A DNA stretch of 64,000 nt, taken from Salisapilia sapeloensis CBS 127946. Taxonomy: Eukaryota; Protista; Oomycota. This document shows positions 23,491 to 36,903 of this stretch, piece after piece. The translations under genes were made by a program, and so were the position numbers. Each line of letters opens with the position of its first letter. Positions within the stretch are counted from its first letter, which is position 1. A model generated the notes under the pieces. The model was given only the letters and a program-made list of their open reading frames with translations, searched no databases and was not told the origin of the DNA. Location of the stretch: the NCBI GenBank assembly GCA_023334545.1, contig JAADVB010000006.1, positions 108,051-172,050 of the forward strand, read 5' to 3'.

Positions 23491-23714
23491 CCTTCCGACG
23501 AGAATTAAGACGCAGAGGGAGCTTCAGCATGAGCTATGTGACCGACATCAAATCGCATGTATTGGCTCGACCGGTGGGTTAAACCTCATGCTTCTCGCAC
23601 AAGATACTACATTCAAAGATAGACGTCTATAGACTAAATTAATCGTAAAGCCGCTTTATTCTTGCATTTATTATCTTACTATCTTTTTAGTTCTGCTAGT
23701 CTTAGTGCGTCTCG

Positions 23715-26700
23715 CTATTCTCTGTCTGTTTTCTGCGTTTCAAGTCCACCAGACTTGTCTAATTGCTCACCCTTACCGTGCGCCACGTTTGGTTTCTTAG
23801 AAAATAGCTGTTTGAGCCTACTCTTATGCTTCTGGAAATCTTCATGTTCCAACGTAGACGCAATTCGTGATTCGAAACTATTTTGTGTATTCGCCACACC
23901 TGATGGTGATGCAAGGTCGCCTGCTTGTACCGTATCGAGCGATCGGTGCCAAGAAAACTTGTTTTTCTTTCGTAGAGAGGGATGGTTATCCGGTAAGCCT
24001 AGGAAGAACTTGGCCATTGTTTCAGACGGTGTCGAAGGTGTCGACGGCATCGATGGTACATCCTCTGCGTTCAGTGGAGCTGTAGAGCTTGCTTCTCGGG
24101 CTTCGATATCCTTCCCGTCCTCACTCTGGCCGCTATCCCCTGGAGTCAAAGACATTTTCAAACTCTTCTGTGTCGAACTTCTGCTTCGCAGTGGCGCTAA
24201 CGTATCAAATTTAGCCCATCGAGCGGATCCGAATTGATCACGAAGGACATTGGCAATGTTACTAAAGTTCCGACCAACTTGAGATAGAATGTCGAGAATG
24301 ATGTCTCGACGCATTCGTAGTAGCAGCTCTTTCATCGTGCAAGTCTTATCACTGTATACGAGAGCATGTACTTTGACTTGAAATCCTCTCATCTCTTCTA
24401 AACCAGTCTGCTGTGCATGAAGTAGTGACCGCTGATTTTTGTACGTTACGATCGCATCCAACGTACCAACACGCACGTGTTTGAAAACTATTCCTGTCTT
24501 CTTACTCCCACTCGCTTCTTTTTTGGTGCCCTTTTCGACTTCACCTCCTTCCTCTTCTTCTTCACTCTCGGATTCGGATTCCATGTCCATCGTACCTTCC
24601 AATTGACTCTTACTTTGACTTGCACGTATCGTTTCTTTGTCAATTTCAGCTTTGGATAGTTGATCCGTACCACCTCGACGAAGGTATTGGGAAGATTTTT
24701 TGGACAACGATGCAGCCTTCCCAGCTGCTCTCTTTAGTGTTGATCCTACGTCCGAGCGGCTTTGGGAACGAGTATAAGGGTCCAAAAACATTTCTCGAAC
24801 AGCTTGGCGTTGACGAAGCTCCTGTGCACTAGCGACTCGCTCTGTTGAAGAAAAGAAGAGAGCGAGGTCTTGGACAATATCATGTGTTAAAAAGACTTGA
24901 ACTGGATGAACGTTCACTTCAAAATGGCGAACAACAAGCGCACCTTCGACTGGGTTAACAATCTCAGCGTCGACTCGAAGGAAGGTGTCTTCACCCCAGC
25001 CAATGGCATTTTTCAGCGGAAGTAAGATGTCTGGTAGAGGGGTGTCTGGCTGCAAGTTCTGGCAGCGTAATTGTCCGAGCGATAGAGCTACTAAGGCAGA
25101 TCGGACACCACTAACTTTCATTCGAGTGCATGTATCTTTTAGCACCAAACGTAGAATTGAAATCGTTGATGTTTTGCGAAGGATGAGATTTGCTTCATCC
25201 ATTTCATAGCGCACATCCGTCGTTACTGGCGGAGTTTGGCGTCGTTTTGCCTCTGCATCTATATTCCATAGCTTCGCGGTGACAACGCGAAGTTCTTTCT
25301 CTCTCGAACGCAAAGCCTTCGTCGACTTCATTTGAGCCACAGCATTTCGACGTGATAAGTACGTTCGTAAAGCTGCGATAAGTTCTTCATGCTGTGCAAT
25401 ATCTGTCTTCTTTGCAATGAGCTGAGTTTCTTCAAGCGTATTGCTTTCCACATCGTTCACGTCAAGGTAATAATGCAATCTTTCTTGCCATTGATGTGTT
25501 CTTTTGCTCTTTTCATTGTATTCTAACTGGCTGATCTCCCACTTGATGTCCGACCGTAGACGCATGAGCTCATCCATTTTCCCATTCTCAAGCACAGCGG
25601 ATAAACGGCTTGAAGTGTACTCTGAACCACCAAAGATATCCATCTCTTTCATCTGCGCGACCTTCGAGTCTACTAAAGGCTCCATCTCATCAAGTAACTG
25701 CTCTAATATTTTCTTGGATGTAGCCCCAATGCCAAAGTGTGCAGACGGAATGTGCACACTAACCGTGTTCGCCACCTCCGTACCTCCAGTATGGCACAAG
25801 AAAAGTGTGATAGGCATTGGTTTCAATACTTGACTAAGGAGACCATTTAGTCCGGTGGAAGTTGGGCTACCTCCAAAGCCTTCGAGCCAAATGGTTCGTG
25901 ATTTAACGTCGATATCGAGTGGAGCTGTATACGCTTGAGCACCGCTCACTTGCAAGGATAGGTGCATGTGATTTTCATCAAGCGAATGTGATGAACATAG
26001 CTTGGCACAAGCAACGACAACCAAAAGTGATCCCTATTGCATTCACGTTATAAGTAAGAGTTATACAGTATGAAACGAAAGATAACTATCTATTGTACCT
26101 TGCTTTTCTCGTCTTGAAAGCTAAGCTGCGTATCCGAGCATTTGACTAGGAAGTAGGATGGAAGGCTTGTGTCTGGACATACCTTGTCTTCCGCCTCGGT
26201 CTCATTCTCATGCTGACTATGCCCATCTCCAGAGGTTTCCTCCGTGTTATTAAAGATTTGCCGGTACTGGGGCAATTCTGACAGCTTCATCGTTTTCGCC
26301 ATTGGCTTTGATCCAAAGTTTCGAGGTGATGCAATAATTGGCTCTGTTTGCACTGGCTTGTCGGTGTCATTCCATTTCCAAAAGTGATCCGCTAAGAAAC
26401 ATAAGATCAAATCCGTCCACTGCATTCCAATGCCTGCGAGTGAATCTAATGCTGTAATGGATGCTGTAACACGAGTTTCGTCTACATTCATGCCAAGCAT
26501 GCTGTCATTTTCCAATAGTTCCTGACCAAAGTTTGCAAGTTTACTTCGAGTACTCTCGCCTTGATAACGTGTTGGTGATCCTTCACTCTCCAACGCTTCT
26601 GTATCACGGAAAGAGTACGGATTCAAGTGCTCAATCTGGAAGTGATTTAAGATCGTTTTCGTACTTTCATCATGCCCACTTCGGCGATGACGTTTAGTAG

Positions 26701-29700
26701 GAGAGTTCGTTCGTAAATTCTTGAAACTTTCAATGATATGTGGACTCTGAGAGATAATCGCTATGGATTTAATCCACACAAATGGTTCACCTCGACTTCC
26801 AGATACAGGTGTACAGACACGTACTTCAAAGTCTTGGCATAAAAACTTGATGTCAGTTACTTCCCAGTACAGCTCATTAGTCCAAAACAAGAGCAAATGG
26901 TTCGATGGAGCTTCTGTTTCCGGTATGAGATACTCGGCTGAAGTAACTTGGAACCGAGATAGCGTCAAGCGGTCATTTACAGATACTCGAATACCAGCGA
27001 CACATTGCTCGTCATCATATATTCCGATATCAATGCCTTCTACAGTCAAAGTATCGATCATCAATGAGATGACAGGGAGATGCTGACTCCAAGACGGCTC
27101 TGACTTTTGGCCTTTTCGAGCTCTGTGAATTTGATTGGTAACAGAGCTTGTCCACTTGATAAAGGTGTTTGCAAAGTTTAAGAGCCATTCCATTTGCTTC
27201 GTGTAGAGCAACACTGTTGCTCGAGCTGCCATGGCCTTCTTGGACAAATTGCAGTGCTTTTGTGGTGAATAAGCAGTCACGTCATCCCCACCGATCCTTC
27301 CACTGACTGTACATTTCATAGACGTAGCACGGAAACGGTTATATGTCGTATCAGTCTTCCAAGTTTCCAAACGTTCTCTGCGCTTGACTAGTGTACATGT
27401 ATCTATGCAAAAGCAAACGTCGTGGTCGTCATTTGTTGCATGAAGATACTGCAGTGGATGATGGTAATGGTTATTCGGGTACCCGTCACACTCCCATTCG
27501 ATAAGGATAACCAAGTCCACATTGCTAAGCTCCACAACAGAGTACAAGTCAAGTGGGTAAATGTTAATCGCAACTTGCTCAAGTGCTATCTTCGTTCCGC
27601 CGTATTCACACAAGATGCTCAAGTTTTGGATCGAAGCTTCCAGATATTCATTACATTCGAAAGCATGCAAAGAGTTGTAGACGCGTACACCTGCAGTTGG
27701 GACACTGATTGTCACTTTTCCGTGCAGCACACTCCGTAGGATGTCCCATGGCGCTACAATCCGCTCCGTTTCTTGATCTGTTGACAAACGCTGACTTAGG
27801 CATAGGACCCGGTCGCCGATTTCAGCTAAGCTAGAGGTATACGCTGGTGCAAAGTTTGCCATAAAGCCATCGCTCGTCAAATCAAGCGATACATATACTT
27901 TCAATGTGCTGTGTAGACTAGTTTCTTTCTCTTCAGCTGGATTGTATGGCAAAGCAACCACCACGTTCCCAGTAAGATCTATATCGTTGCATGCGACGAG
28001 TGCAGTCGGGAATTGGCGTACGTTCACGCACAAACCATTGATACTTAAGTCCATCTCTACCCTTTCTAAGATTTCATAGCAAAGCGTGTACTCCTCCCGT
28101 TGGAATGATGCATCGTCAAAGGATCTTTCAATCACAGGCATAGCTTCGTCCAAGGACTCAACCAGTCGAGTGTTTTGCACTTCATCAGCTGGGAAGGCTA
28201 GATCGAGCTTCAGGAATGGAATGGTCACTTTAAATAATGCCGTACTATGTACTGGCTCTGCATTTGTTTTTCTTGGCGCAACAAGTTTCTGTCTGTACCG
28301 ATAGGAGTGTACGGCATTAATATCCAGTAAGGGAGCGTTCTCTTTGGTTGTATAAACCTGCTCTCGTGCTTCTTGCTCACTCAAAACGTCTAGCCAAAGT
28401 GGATATTTAGATTCCAGCCAAGTTTCCATCCAATTGTCCTGACAGCTCACTTCGAGCCCATTTAACGTCAGCCACAACTGCATTCGCTCATTTGGTTTTT
28501 CTAAACGCAAGTAGTAGTGGAAGAACTCATCTTCTTGTGGCCTCCAGAACATTTGCATTGAGTTTACAAAGCTGGTGACAAAAGGCTCGACTGCATCTTG
28601 CATAGAATGCACAAAGTCGATAAAGTGAAAGTCAAGTGATGTTTGGAGCTTCAAATCATGCAGCCCAACCATCATACCATCACGACAAACTTTTAGCTCT
28701 TCATTATTACGATTGCAAACGCTTTGACGAAGGCGTAGATTCGCCTCAAACTCTCCCATTACATAGTCTGTTCTCTTGTCTAGAGTCCTCCTCAAGTCAA
28801 GCTGATTGAGTGAAATTATTTCCAGATCATTGCACTGGAGAGAAACATTTTGTATCAGCCACAGGTTTGGGAGATCATCGCCTGAGAGTACTCCAACGGT
28901 CAAATAAATCCGAGCTTTTGGTGCAATCGGAGCGTTAAATCTTAAGTTGGTGACCATTAATCTAGTCAAGTTGTTTCCACTCGCACTCACTTGATGATAT
29001 AAGAGCTCTTCAAGCCGGATGCACTCTGCAACATTCGCTAAAGGCTGATTTAAGCCTCCCTTGCGGTTAAAACGACTTTCGGGTGGCATGCAGTTCCTTG
29101 CAAACGCGCTTCGGATTAAATACAGCATCTGCCAATTAGCGTAAGTTATCTTTCGTATCTCATTTACAACGCGGATATGCTCCGAGATGGTATAGTCGCA
29201 GTAGATGTCGTCTAAAAACAGATCGACGATAGTTTTTGTCGAGTGTGGAATGGCCGTCTCCTCCAAGGCGAAGCTTTTGACTGTAAAGTAGGGTGCGCAT
29301 TGGTCCATCGTCACATTTGTAGAGCCCGTAGTGCTTCCAGCGTATATACCGACTTGCTCAAAGGCAATCTGAAAGCAACCTGGAGATGACCTTAGATGCA
29401 AGCAATCGATACTTAGAAAATCATCTTCCATCCGCCTCGTGCTCTCACTGCAGATGAAAAGCCTCACATGGTTGACTTGACATTGGAACTTCGTACATAC
29501 GGACGGCGTCTGAAGTTCCTTCAAAATAATTTCCAATGTCTTTTTGGTTGGGATAGTGAATGGTGAGAGAGGTCTTGGGCCTGGCAAAAGACCATCTCCT
29601 TTTATTTGGAAGGCTGGAGCGAATAAAACGATTCCTAGTTGCATTGCTCCACCTATGGCGTGCAAGCTTTCGGCCGAATATGCAGCCTCCAACCATTCTG

Positions 29701-31592
29701 ATTCCATTTCTACTTGTGCTGGTAGCATTTCTACTGACTGAGTTGGAGCAGTGTGAAGTAGGAGTCGAGTGTGGTCGAGGAAAAGCATACAAAAGCTAGT
29801 TTCTGGTAATCCTCGAAAATGCTCTAACTTGCTATTGGTAACCTGTATCTCACCTTCCGCTCGCTTATACCTGTCATGACCGTTCTTAGACGTTGACCAC
29901 CTCCCGTTGATTTCTTCCAACAATAGTCGAATATTCGGCACTCCTGATGGTATAATTTTACTCGCGTCCAATTCGGACATAAAGACAGCAGTTGTGTGCA
30001 GTAGACGAAGGCTGCATCGAATGTTCAGACCGCCTAGTAACTTGCTTATGTCTTGACTTCCTTGAGGCCTTTGCTCGTTCAAAGACTGTTTTCGAGGTGC
30101 CTTTGCATGTTTTAGCATTAAAGTTGTCCACGGCTGTAGATCCCTTCTTAGCGTTGCTGTGAGTTCCTCCCCACGTACGTCGCAAGTAACATCATACGAT
30201 GACAAGTCCGTGTTGTTCGGCATATGCGAATATGCCTGACTTTTAGATATGCTTAAAGATACCTCAATTGATCTTGAGTACATAATTTCCTTTTCAGATG
30301 GCGAGAAGGTATTGTCAGTTTTGATCAGAGCCGTGCCTCCACAATGAGCTTCAACTTTCTGTAATGCAATGGTAGCCTCACCAAGTTCCTCTCTTCGTCG
30401 TGCTGCACTGTTCTTGATACCGTCTTGGCAAAGTTTTGGCTTGAATCTCGTAGATAAGCGAGACACCCGACCTACAATATACCTGCTGTCCTCTCTTCCT
30501 GCTGTGTAGTGAACACGCGCTTCCAGGTTCTCGACAGTGATAGCGACCTTTGTCGGAATTTCCTGTAGAACGGTGAGCGCATCTTTCACACTTTCGAGAT
30601 ACATAGCGTCTAGGTCAGAGGAATTGATGACTCTATCTTGAGCTTGATCGCTCTTGGGACAATGATTGCCTAGCATTTGCAGTAGCTGGTGAAAGACAAG
30701 ATCCATGTTGATGCTAGAGCATTGTAGTTCGCACAATGTTGGGATAGGACTTCTTGTATCCAGCTCGCCAGCGAAAAACGGAATGACTACACTTAAAGCT
30801 ATGGAACCAAGCTCCAGGTTTCCATTTATCGCCTCGAGATGTATCTTCATTCGTCGAGGCACATTCAAGTGCACTTGACAGCAAATTTCATCACTTTCTG
30901 TCTTTGACGCAATTGACACTGACATACTGCCATCCTAACGTTACATCAATATCGTCAATAGGAGATACCACTGGTGTGCAATCAGTAGGACATTTACCTT
31001 AATGGAAGCCAGTGGCTGCTTCTGACGAGTGATAGCAAGTTCAAAGTCTTCTACGTGAACTGATACCAAGTCCAGGTAGTGTTGCAAATGGTGTAGTAGA
31101 GTTATAGATCCGTTGCAAGATGCCCACATCGGATGACGGAGGTCATGTATCGGATATTCACTCTTCATTTGCTTCTTGTCTCCTACTTCGCCTTGCCTTC
31201 CCTCGAATGTAGCAGGCAAATCGACACATACTTGTATCGAAGTTAGCGAAAGGCGAATGATAGGTCCTCTCGCCCCTTGAAGCAAGAACGGTGGCAGGTT
31301 TCTCCACACGGACATCTGGACACCATGTATCTGCACATCAAGCTTAGCGCCATCATTACCGGCACGTATGCCGCTTAGTAACCCAGCTACACGTCCATGC
31401 ACTTTAATACATCGTTACACAGGCAATGGTAGCATGAAGAGTCACCTTTCGAAAGTATCACGAAGATACCTGTCAAGACACCCGACAGTATCTATTGCGC
31501 AATGTACTTATGAGCTACTGACGAATAGCATCAACTAGTAGACATACCGTAGGTCCTAGACACAAAAGGGTGAATAGCAGTAGCACCCACAT
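23715..31592 (-). CDS. BLTP2: Bridge-like lipid transfer protein, BLTP2/Fmp27/Hobbit/SABRE family, multi-exon (about 2,500 aa)
   Basis: Spliced N-terminal TM anchor MWVLLLFTLLCLGPT|ILSGVLTGIFVILSK; long beta-rich ORFs 30941-31402, 26090-30925, 23715-26024; C-terminal VRHFEVNVHPVQVFLT and VFKHVRVGTLDAIVTYK..LVYSDKTCTMKELLLRMRRDII typical of the family. Confidence 0.8.
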
Positions 31593-31678
31593 CCTCCAAC
31601 TCTTGCCAGGCTTTCTCTGACTCGGAAACGATCGTGTACAAAAATACATCACAACGTGGCATCCATTCACTTAACAAG

Positions 31679-33172
31679 ATGGTCTCGTGGGTACTAGATG
31701 CTGCAGACGACCGTGGGCGGCTCTTGCGAGCCCAATCTTCCCTCCAAGTTGGGGAAACAGTGGAGAGGGAGCACCCCTATGCCATGGTTGTGCTAGGAGA
31801 GCAAGTGTCTGCACTCTGCGCTGTTTGTCTCCGGGAGGCGGATGCGGACATCTGTTGCGATGATTGCTCTCGTGTCTACTTTTGCAGCGAAGAATGTCGA
31901 GAGCGTCTAGAGCAAGTACATGAAGTAGAATGTGAAGCTTTGGAAGACATGGACGTCATTGCGTCGAAAAGTGGCGTCGAAGGGGATTTACTACGTCTCC
32001 TGTTGCGCATTCTTGCGGTCCGAAGCTTGGAATCTCCGAGTGAGCGCGATTGCGAGACGTTTGAACGCACGTTTACAATGAATGAGAAAGGAGAAGTCGT
32101 GCAATACTTTCGGGATTTGCGAACGCTCGTACACAGCCTCGATCAGCTTCATCCCAAGTGGCAAGACGAAGTGCGTGAAGGAGCTAGACGACTTATATCT
32201 TACCTGCCAGCGGATGCTCGACTGTCGGAGGAAGAGGTGCTGACGATTGCAGCCCAAGTGAATGAAAACTCGTACTCGATCGATGCTTTTGATAACAAGC
32301 ACTTGATTGCAGCTGTCGGCATGTTCCCATTGACAGCAATGTTTAATCATAGTTGCACTCCGAACTGCACTTGGTCCAATGGAAGTGACGGTGTGCTGGA
32401 AGTTCGAGCTCGACGAGATATCCAAGCTGGAGAAGAACTGACTGTTAACTACATCGATATTGATATGGACAGGAATGAGCGACAGTGGGAGTTGGAACGC
32501 ACCAAGCACTTTACCTGTCATTGCGAGCGATGCACCACACCGTTGGAAGAGTCTGTAGATAGGTATCTACAAGGACTGTACTGTCCATTCTGTCCAGCAG
32601 AAGACGACAAGATGCTTTTGCCTACGAATGATAAGCAAATCCGATGCACTCATTGCAACAAGGTGAACGTGGGCGAATGGGACGTCGTCCAAGTCGCTAG
32701 AGACGTGCGAAAGGTACTAAAGGATGTGAAAACCCAATTGCATGACAAGAAATACCGAGAGGTTATTTCGACGCTAGCATCCTATCGTAATGGACTAGAA
32801 GTACAGTCGATGCTCCTTCCTTTCCATCCAAGTCATTCCATTGCCATGGCTATCAAACGACTATTAGCTGATGCGCACATGAAATTGGGAGACGTCGAGT
32901 TGGCATATCAGCTACGCAAGGACCTTATCAATGGCTTCAACCGCGTTGTGCCTCCCAACCACATGCCCCTAGCATTGGCCTATGTCGACTGTGCGGATGC
33001 CATCCAACAGTTGATTGATAAGCCGAAAGTTCTTCGCGACTCGAGTCTGGAGGAAGCAGAGCTGAAGGAAGAGAGACAGCGATACTACAATCAAGCGCAG
33101 GACATTTGCATCGTCTGTTTTTCTCGTCAGCACCCACTTTGTGTCCGCCTACGGACGCTTACAAGAAACTGA
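31679..33172 (+). CDS. SET and MYND domain protein (SMYD-type lysine methyltransferase)
   Basis: Split SET with MYND finger CAVC..CDDC..FCSEEC..H..EC; GMFPLTAMFNHSCTPNC; GEELTVNYID; post-SET FTCHCERC; TPR-like C-terminus. Confidence 0.92.
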   Translation: MVSWVLDAADDRGRLLRAQSSLQVGETVEREHPYAMVVLGEQVSALCAVCLREADADICCDDCSRVYFCSEECRERLEQVHEVECEALEDMDVIASKSGVEGDLLRLLLRILAVRSLESPSERDCETFERTFTMNEKGEVVQYFRDLRTLVHSLDQLHPKWQDEVREGARRLISYLPADARLSEEEVLTIAAQVNENSYSIDAFDNKHLIAAVGMFPLTAMFNHSCTPNCTWSNGSDGVLEVRARRDIQAGEELTVNYIDIDMDRNERQWELERTKHFTCHCERCTTPLEESVDRYLQGLYCPFCPAEDDKMLLPTNDKQIRCTHCNKVNVGEWDVVQVARDVRKVLKDVKTQLHDKKYREVISTLASYRNGLEVQSMLLPFHPSHSIAMAIKRLLADAHMKLGDVELAYQLRKDLINGFNRVVPPNHMPLALAYVDCADAIQQLIDKPKVLRDSSLEEAELKEERQRYYNQAQDICIVCFSRQHPLCVRLRTLTRN

Positions 33173-33247
33173 AGACACAAATTGATTTGAATACAGGAGA
33201 ATACATTTGTGATGCTGGAAATAGCTGGAGTAGAGCGTGCATAGAAA

Positions 33248-34762
33248 CTATAGGTACGTTCGTTGCGTGTCATTAGACGTACCGGTGATAGAGTCAATGA
33301 CAGCCGTGAGAGGCGATTGCGTATCATCGGAGGGAGGCATCGGTGCGGCATTGTTCGTTGCCGATTGGTCTACTACGACTTGCACGTCCATCTCTTCTAG
33401 AATCTCCATCATCGCTAGCCATACTTCTGACTGGATTAAAGAGAATTTGCGCGAATCGAGTTCATCCGTGTATGAGTAGACTCGAATGACAAAAAGTTCT
33501 TCCATCGCGACAAAGAAGAATCGGTCCCACTTTTCGTTATGCCGCACGTCGGAAGCATTCTCTTCATGAGATGTTAAACCGACATGGAGCGACTGTAGCA
33601 TATGTTCTAGTTTGTGTAGACAATCGCGCAGCTTGTCTACTGGTGTTGTACTCGCCACACGGACACGTAGGTCAATGTCACGTTTCGGTCGCTGCGTAAA
33701 GTTGATCATTGGCTTGTACAGAAAGAAGCTGTTAGGCACATAGAGCGTTGTCCCGTCCGTAGTCACCACCGTCGTGTACCTTAGCGTCACGCGATGGACG
33801 AAGCCGTCTGCATCACCGATCTGGATGAAGTCATCGATTTTGAATTGGGCATTGAATGCTAGGAAGAGACCGCCAATAACGTTGTGGAAGGATGGAACGA
33901 AGCCAAGGCCGATGGCGAGACCGATGACTGCCAACACCGAATATCGCAATGTCGGACTGTCTCCAAGAGCAGACCGATAGATGATTAGCGCAATGATAAG
34001 GAGAACTGTGAGTCGTAAGATCTAGAGCAGAGCGACTGAATAGAATGTATTGTTGTGGATAGGAAGTATACGTACTTTGACAGATTCAGAGATGACCATG
34101 CGTTTGGAGAAGTCGCCATGAGGACCAGCAAAGCGTCGAACGGCGATCTAGTGATAGATCTTGTCATTTACCATTGTGGCAAGTATAATGCACTAGCTAG
34201 ACGTACGCTTTCGACGACATTAAAGAGCGAGTAGAGCCAAATGAGGAAGAAGACACCCCATGTGTACCATGGGAAGTGGCACAGGAATTTATTAAACTGA
34301 GCAATACGCAAAGCTCCACACACAAGAGACACGGAGATGAAGTAGGCAGTTGATTCGGAGCAAAAGGTTCGAAACTCTTCAGCCGTTCTATCATGTCATT
34401 AGTCTTCATAAAGGATTTTGCATATATATTCCATTCTACTAGACATACTCTCGCACGAATGGAAGCTTTGTAAAGACAAAGATGACAAGTCGAACTAGAA
34501 CTCTTGGTAGGAACGTTGCAAAGAATATTAGTACAGCAGCAGTTGCCAGCTTTGCAGCTTGTGCACAGGTCCACCACGACGAGAGACACTTGACCGGGAT
34601 ACACTCCCTTGTGCAATCTTCAGGAAGACAATCATCATCATCCTTCTTCCCAGAGACCACACCCGTCAATAGAGTGAATTGCAGGTAAAAGAGTGCATTC
34701 AAGACGTAGTTGAATGGTAGATAACGGCCATGTCGACTGCTAGGACCACGTACGATATTCAT
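33248..34762 (-). CDS. Small-conductance mechanosensitive channel (MscS family), multi-exon
   Basis: Hydrophobic N-terminal exons; GLAIGLG..HNVIGGLFL..FKIDDFIQIGDADGFVHRVTLRYTTVVTTDGTTLYVPNS..INFTQR, the MscS TM3/beta-domain signature. Confidence 0.9.
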
Positions 34763-34839
34763 GTCCGAATAACTTGTCCTGGAACCTCCAAAAGTTGATA
34801 CCACGAGGGGCTCATCATCAGATTTGGATGCAATCGAAT

Positions 34840-35742
34840 ATGTCAAGTGGAGATGCACGTGTACTCGTTATATTCGACTATGACTGGTCTCTCGTGAACT
34901 CTAATTCAGACACGTACATCTTTGAAAAGCTTTATCCGTCTCTGATGGATCGTGTTGAAGCGTATCAGCAAAGTCCGGCGTATGGATGGACTCAGCTTAT
35001 GGATGACCTCTTGCATGCGATGGCAAAGGAGAAACCAGATATTACGATTGCAGAAATTAGAAAGACATTGGGGAATATACCCATTCAAGAGGGGATGCTC
35101 GATGCTCTGCGAATGGCTGTGGCTGACTATGGCGCATGTGTGAAAATCATAAGCGATGCCAATACTTTCTACATCGAAAGCATGCTGGAGCTTAATTATC
35201 TTGAAAACTATGTGAGTGAAATCTTCACGAACGAGTCGGAGGTTGTCGACGATGGGAAGAGGCTAACAGTCCGTCCGTTCCATGCGTCTCGTTATGAAAA
35301 ACCACACTCCTGTCCATACTGTCCGTCGAACATGTGCAAAGGTACGTTTCGTACTTTATATCCGCATCTTTGACGGAGTAACGATGCATGTAGGCATGAT
35401 TATTGATGAGCTTCTGGAGAAGGACAACTTTTCTAAAGTAGTGTACGTGGGGGATGGTCGAGGTGACTTCTGTCCAGCTACGAGACTTTCCAGGTAATTT
35501 ACATTGCTTCTATCTCTTTTGGTTCTTTATTAATTTCAAGGTATATATGTCTTTACAGTAATGATATTGTGCTTGCTCGTGGGAATGATCCAAATGGACG
35601 AAGCTTTGGCTTGCTCAAATCGATCAATCGTCATTCTGATCTTGTCAAAGCCGAGGTCCGAGTCTGGCAATCTGGGACAGATATCTATAACAACTTTCGA
35701 GACATCTTTCAGTCTCCAAGCCTCACTACCGATTGTGCGTAA
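34840..35742 (+). CDS. PHOSPHO1/PHOSPHO2-like HAD phosphatase; introns ~35342-35392 and ~35494-35558
   Basis: VIFDYDWSLVNSNSD (motif I), IISDANTFYI, CPYCPSNMCKG, VYVGDGRGDFCP, VLAR. Confidence 0.9.
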
Positions 35743-35935
35743 AACACTAATACAAGGTCCATTTCCTCCATTTATTGTATGCATAAACGCAGTATCCAAG
35801 CTTGCGTGTCTTCTAGGAAGTCAGTTGGAAAGTTGGACCATAATGTACCACTTTGTACCATATAGACTGGTACTTTTTGACAACGAATTTTAAAAAAGGA
35901 GGATCGAGGGTCCAGTGGTGTGGATTGGAGCCGTC

Positions 35936-36571
35936 ATGAGGACATCTACTCCACCAGCACGTCCGATACTAAAGAGTAATAAGAGTGCCAACAGTAGCTC
36001 TTCGGTCCAGAGCCAGTCGGCGTCGAGTGATGCTACAGCACATCAAATTACGATCCCATCGGAGCCTCATGCTAAACGACATGTGCGATTCTCTCCTTAT
36101 GCGAAGAAAACTGGACCTAGTGATGATTTGGCCGCTGCAGCTTTATCTACACGACCATCTCCAGTAGAGAAGCGCATTCTACGGTTCGTAGTTTCTTTCC
36201 ATTTTCTCTCTACTCCAAACTGACATTGATGCAGTCGAAAACGCGAATTGGACCTCATGCGTAAACTTCACCAAGCTGCTCAACACCATTCCCGAGGTCT
36301 CACGGACAGATTTGCAGAAACAGTGAAAGAACACTTGGGTCCTCTTGGACCGTGGAAGCGGTGGACGAGACTATGGGGTTCATCAGTGAATACAAAGACA
36401 GATAGTGACGACGCCTCGACCCCAAATCGAAGACGTCGTCAGATTGAGTGGAAGTCAGCTAGGGAGATGGAGTGCGATAGAATAATGAGATTGCCGACAA
36501 AGGCATTGCCCTCGCCTCGACTGGCAAAAACGCAAGTCCCGCCATCTACATGCGTCTCGCCAAACACGTGA
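35936..36571 (+). CDS. Hypothetical basic disordered protein with RVxF-type motif; intron ~36184-36235
   Basis: Two ORFs joined by a GT-AG intron; KRHVRFSP at 36074-36097. Confidence 0.6.
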
Positions 36572-36903
36572 CGTGAATCTGATCCAGTTTCATTCTTCGT
36601 ATAGTATTTACGTTGGGAGTTTTGGATACAACGAGCCGTGTTGTGAGAATATCTCTCTACAGTTTAAAGTGCCAATTAACAGTTGCTTTCTCCAAACGAG
36701 GTACTCTTATCCTGGTGTATGCTAAAGCTTGCAGCTACAAATTCAAAAATTTGTGAAAAGAGAGATGGACATGTTACGAATCGAGTATGATAGCTAGAGC
36801 AAACGAAAAGGTGATAATGAAGTAGACTTGAAACTTGATCGTGCTTTATCCAGTTCATTTAAAACACTGTGGACTGTGCAAAGGTCACACGAAGCAGGTC
36901 GTC

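Noticed and set aside
34361-34380. GTTCGAAAC B-box match
   Set aside because: Inside the MscS gene, with no cloverleaf or A-box.
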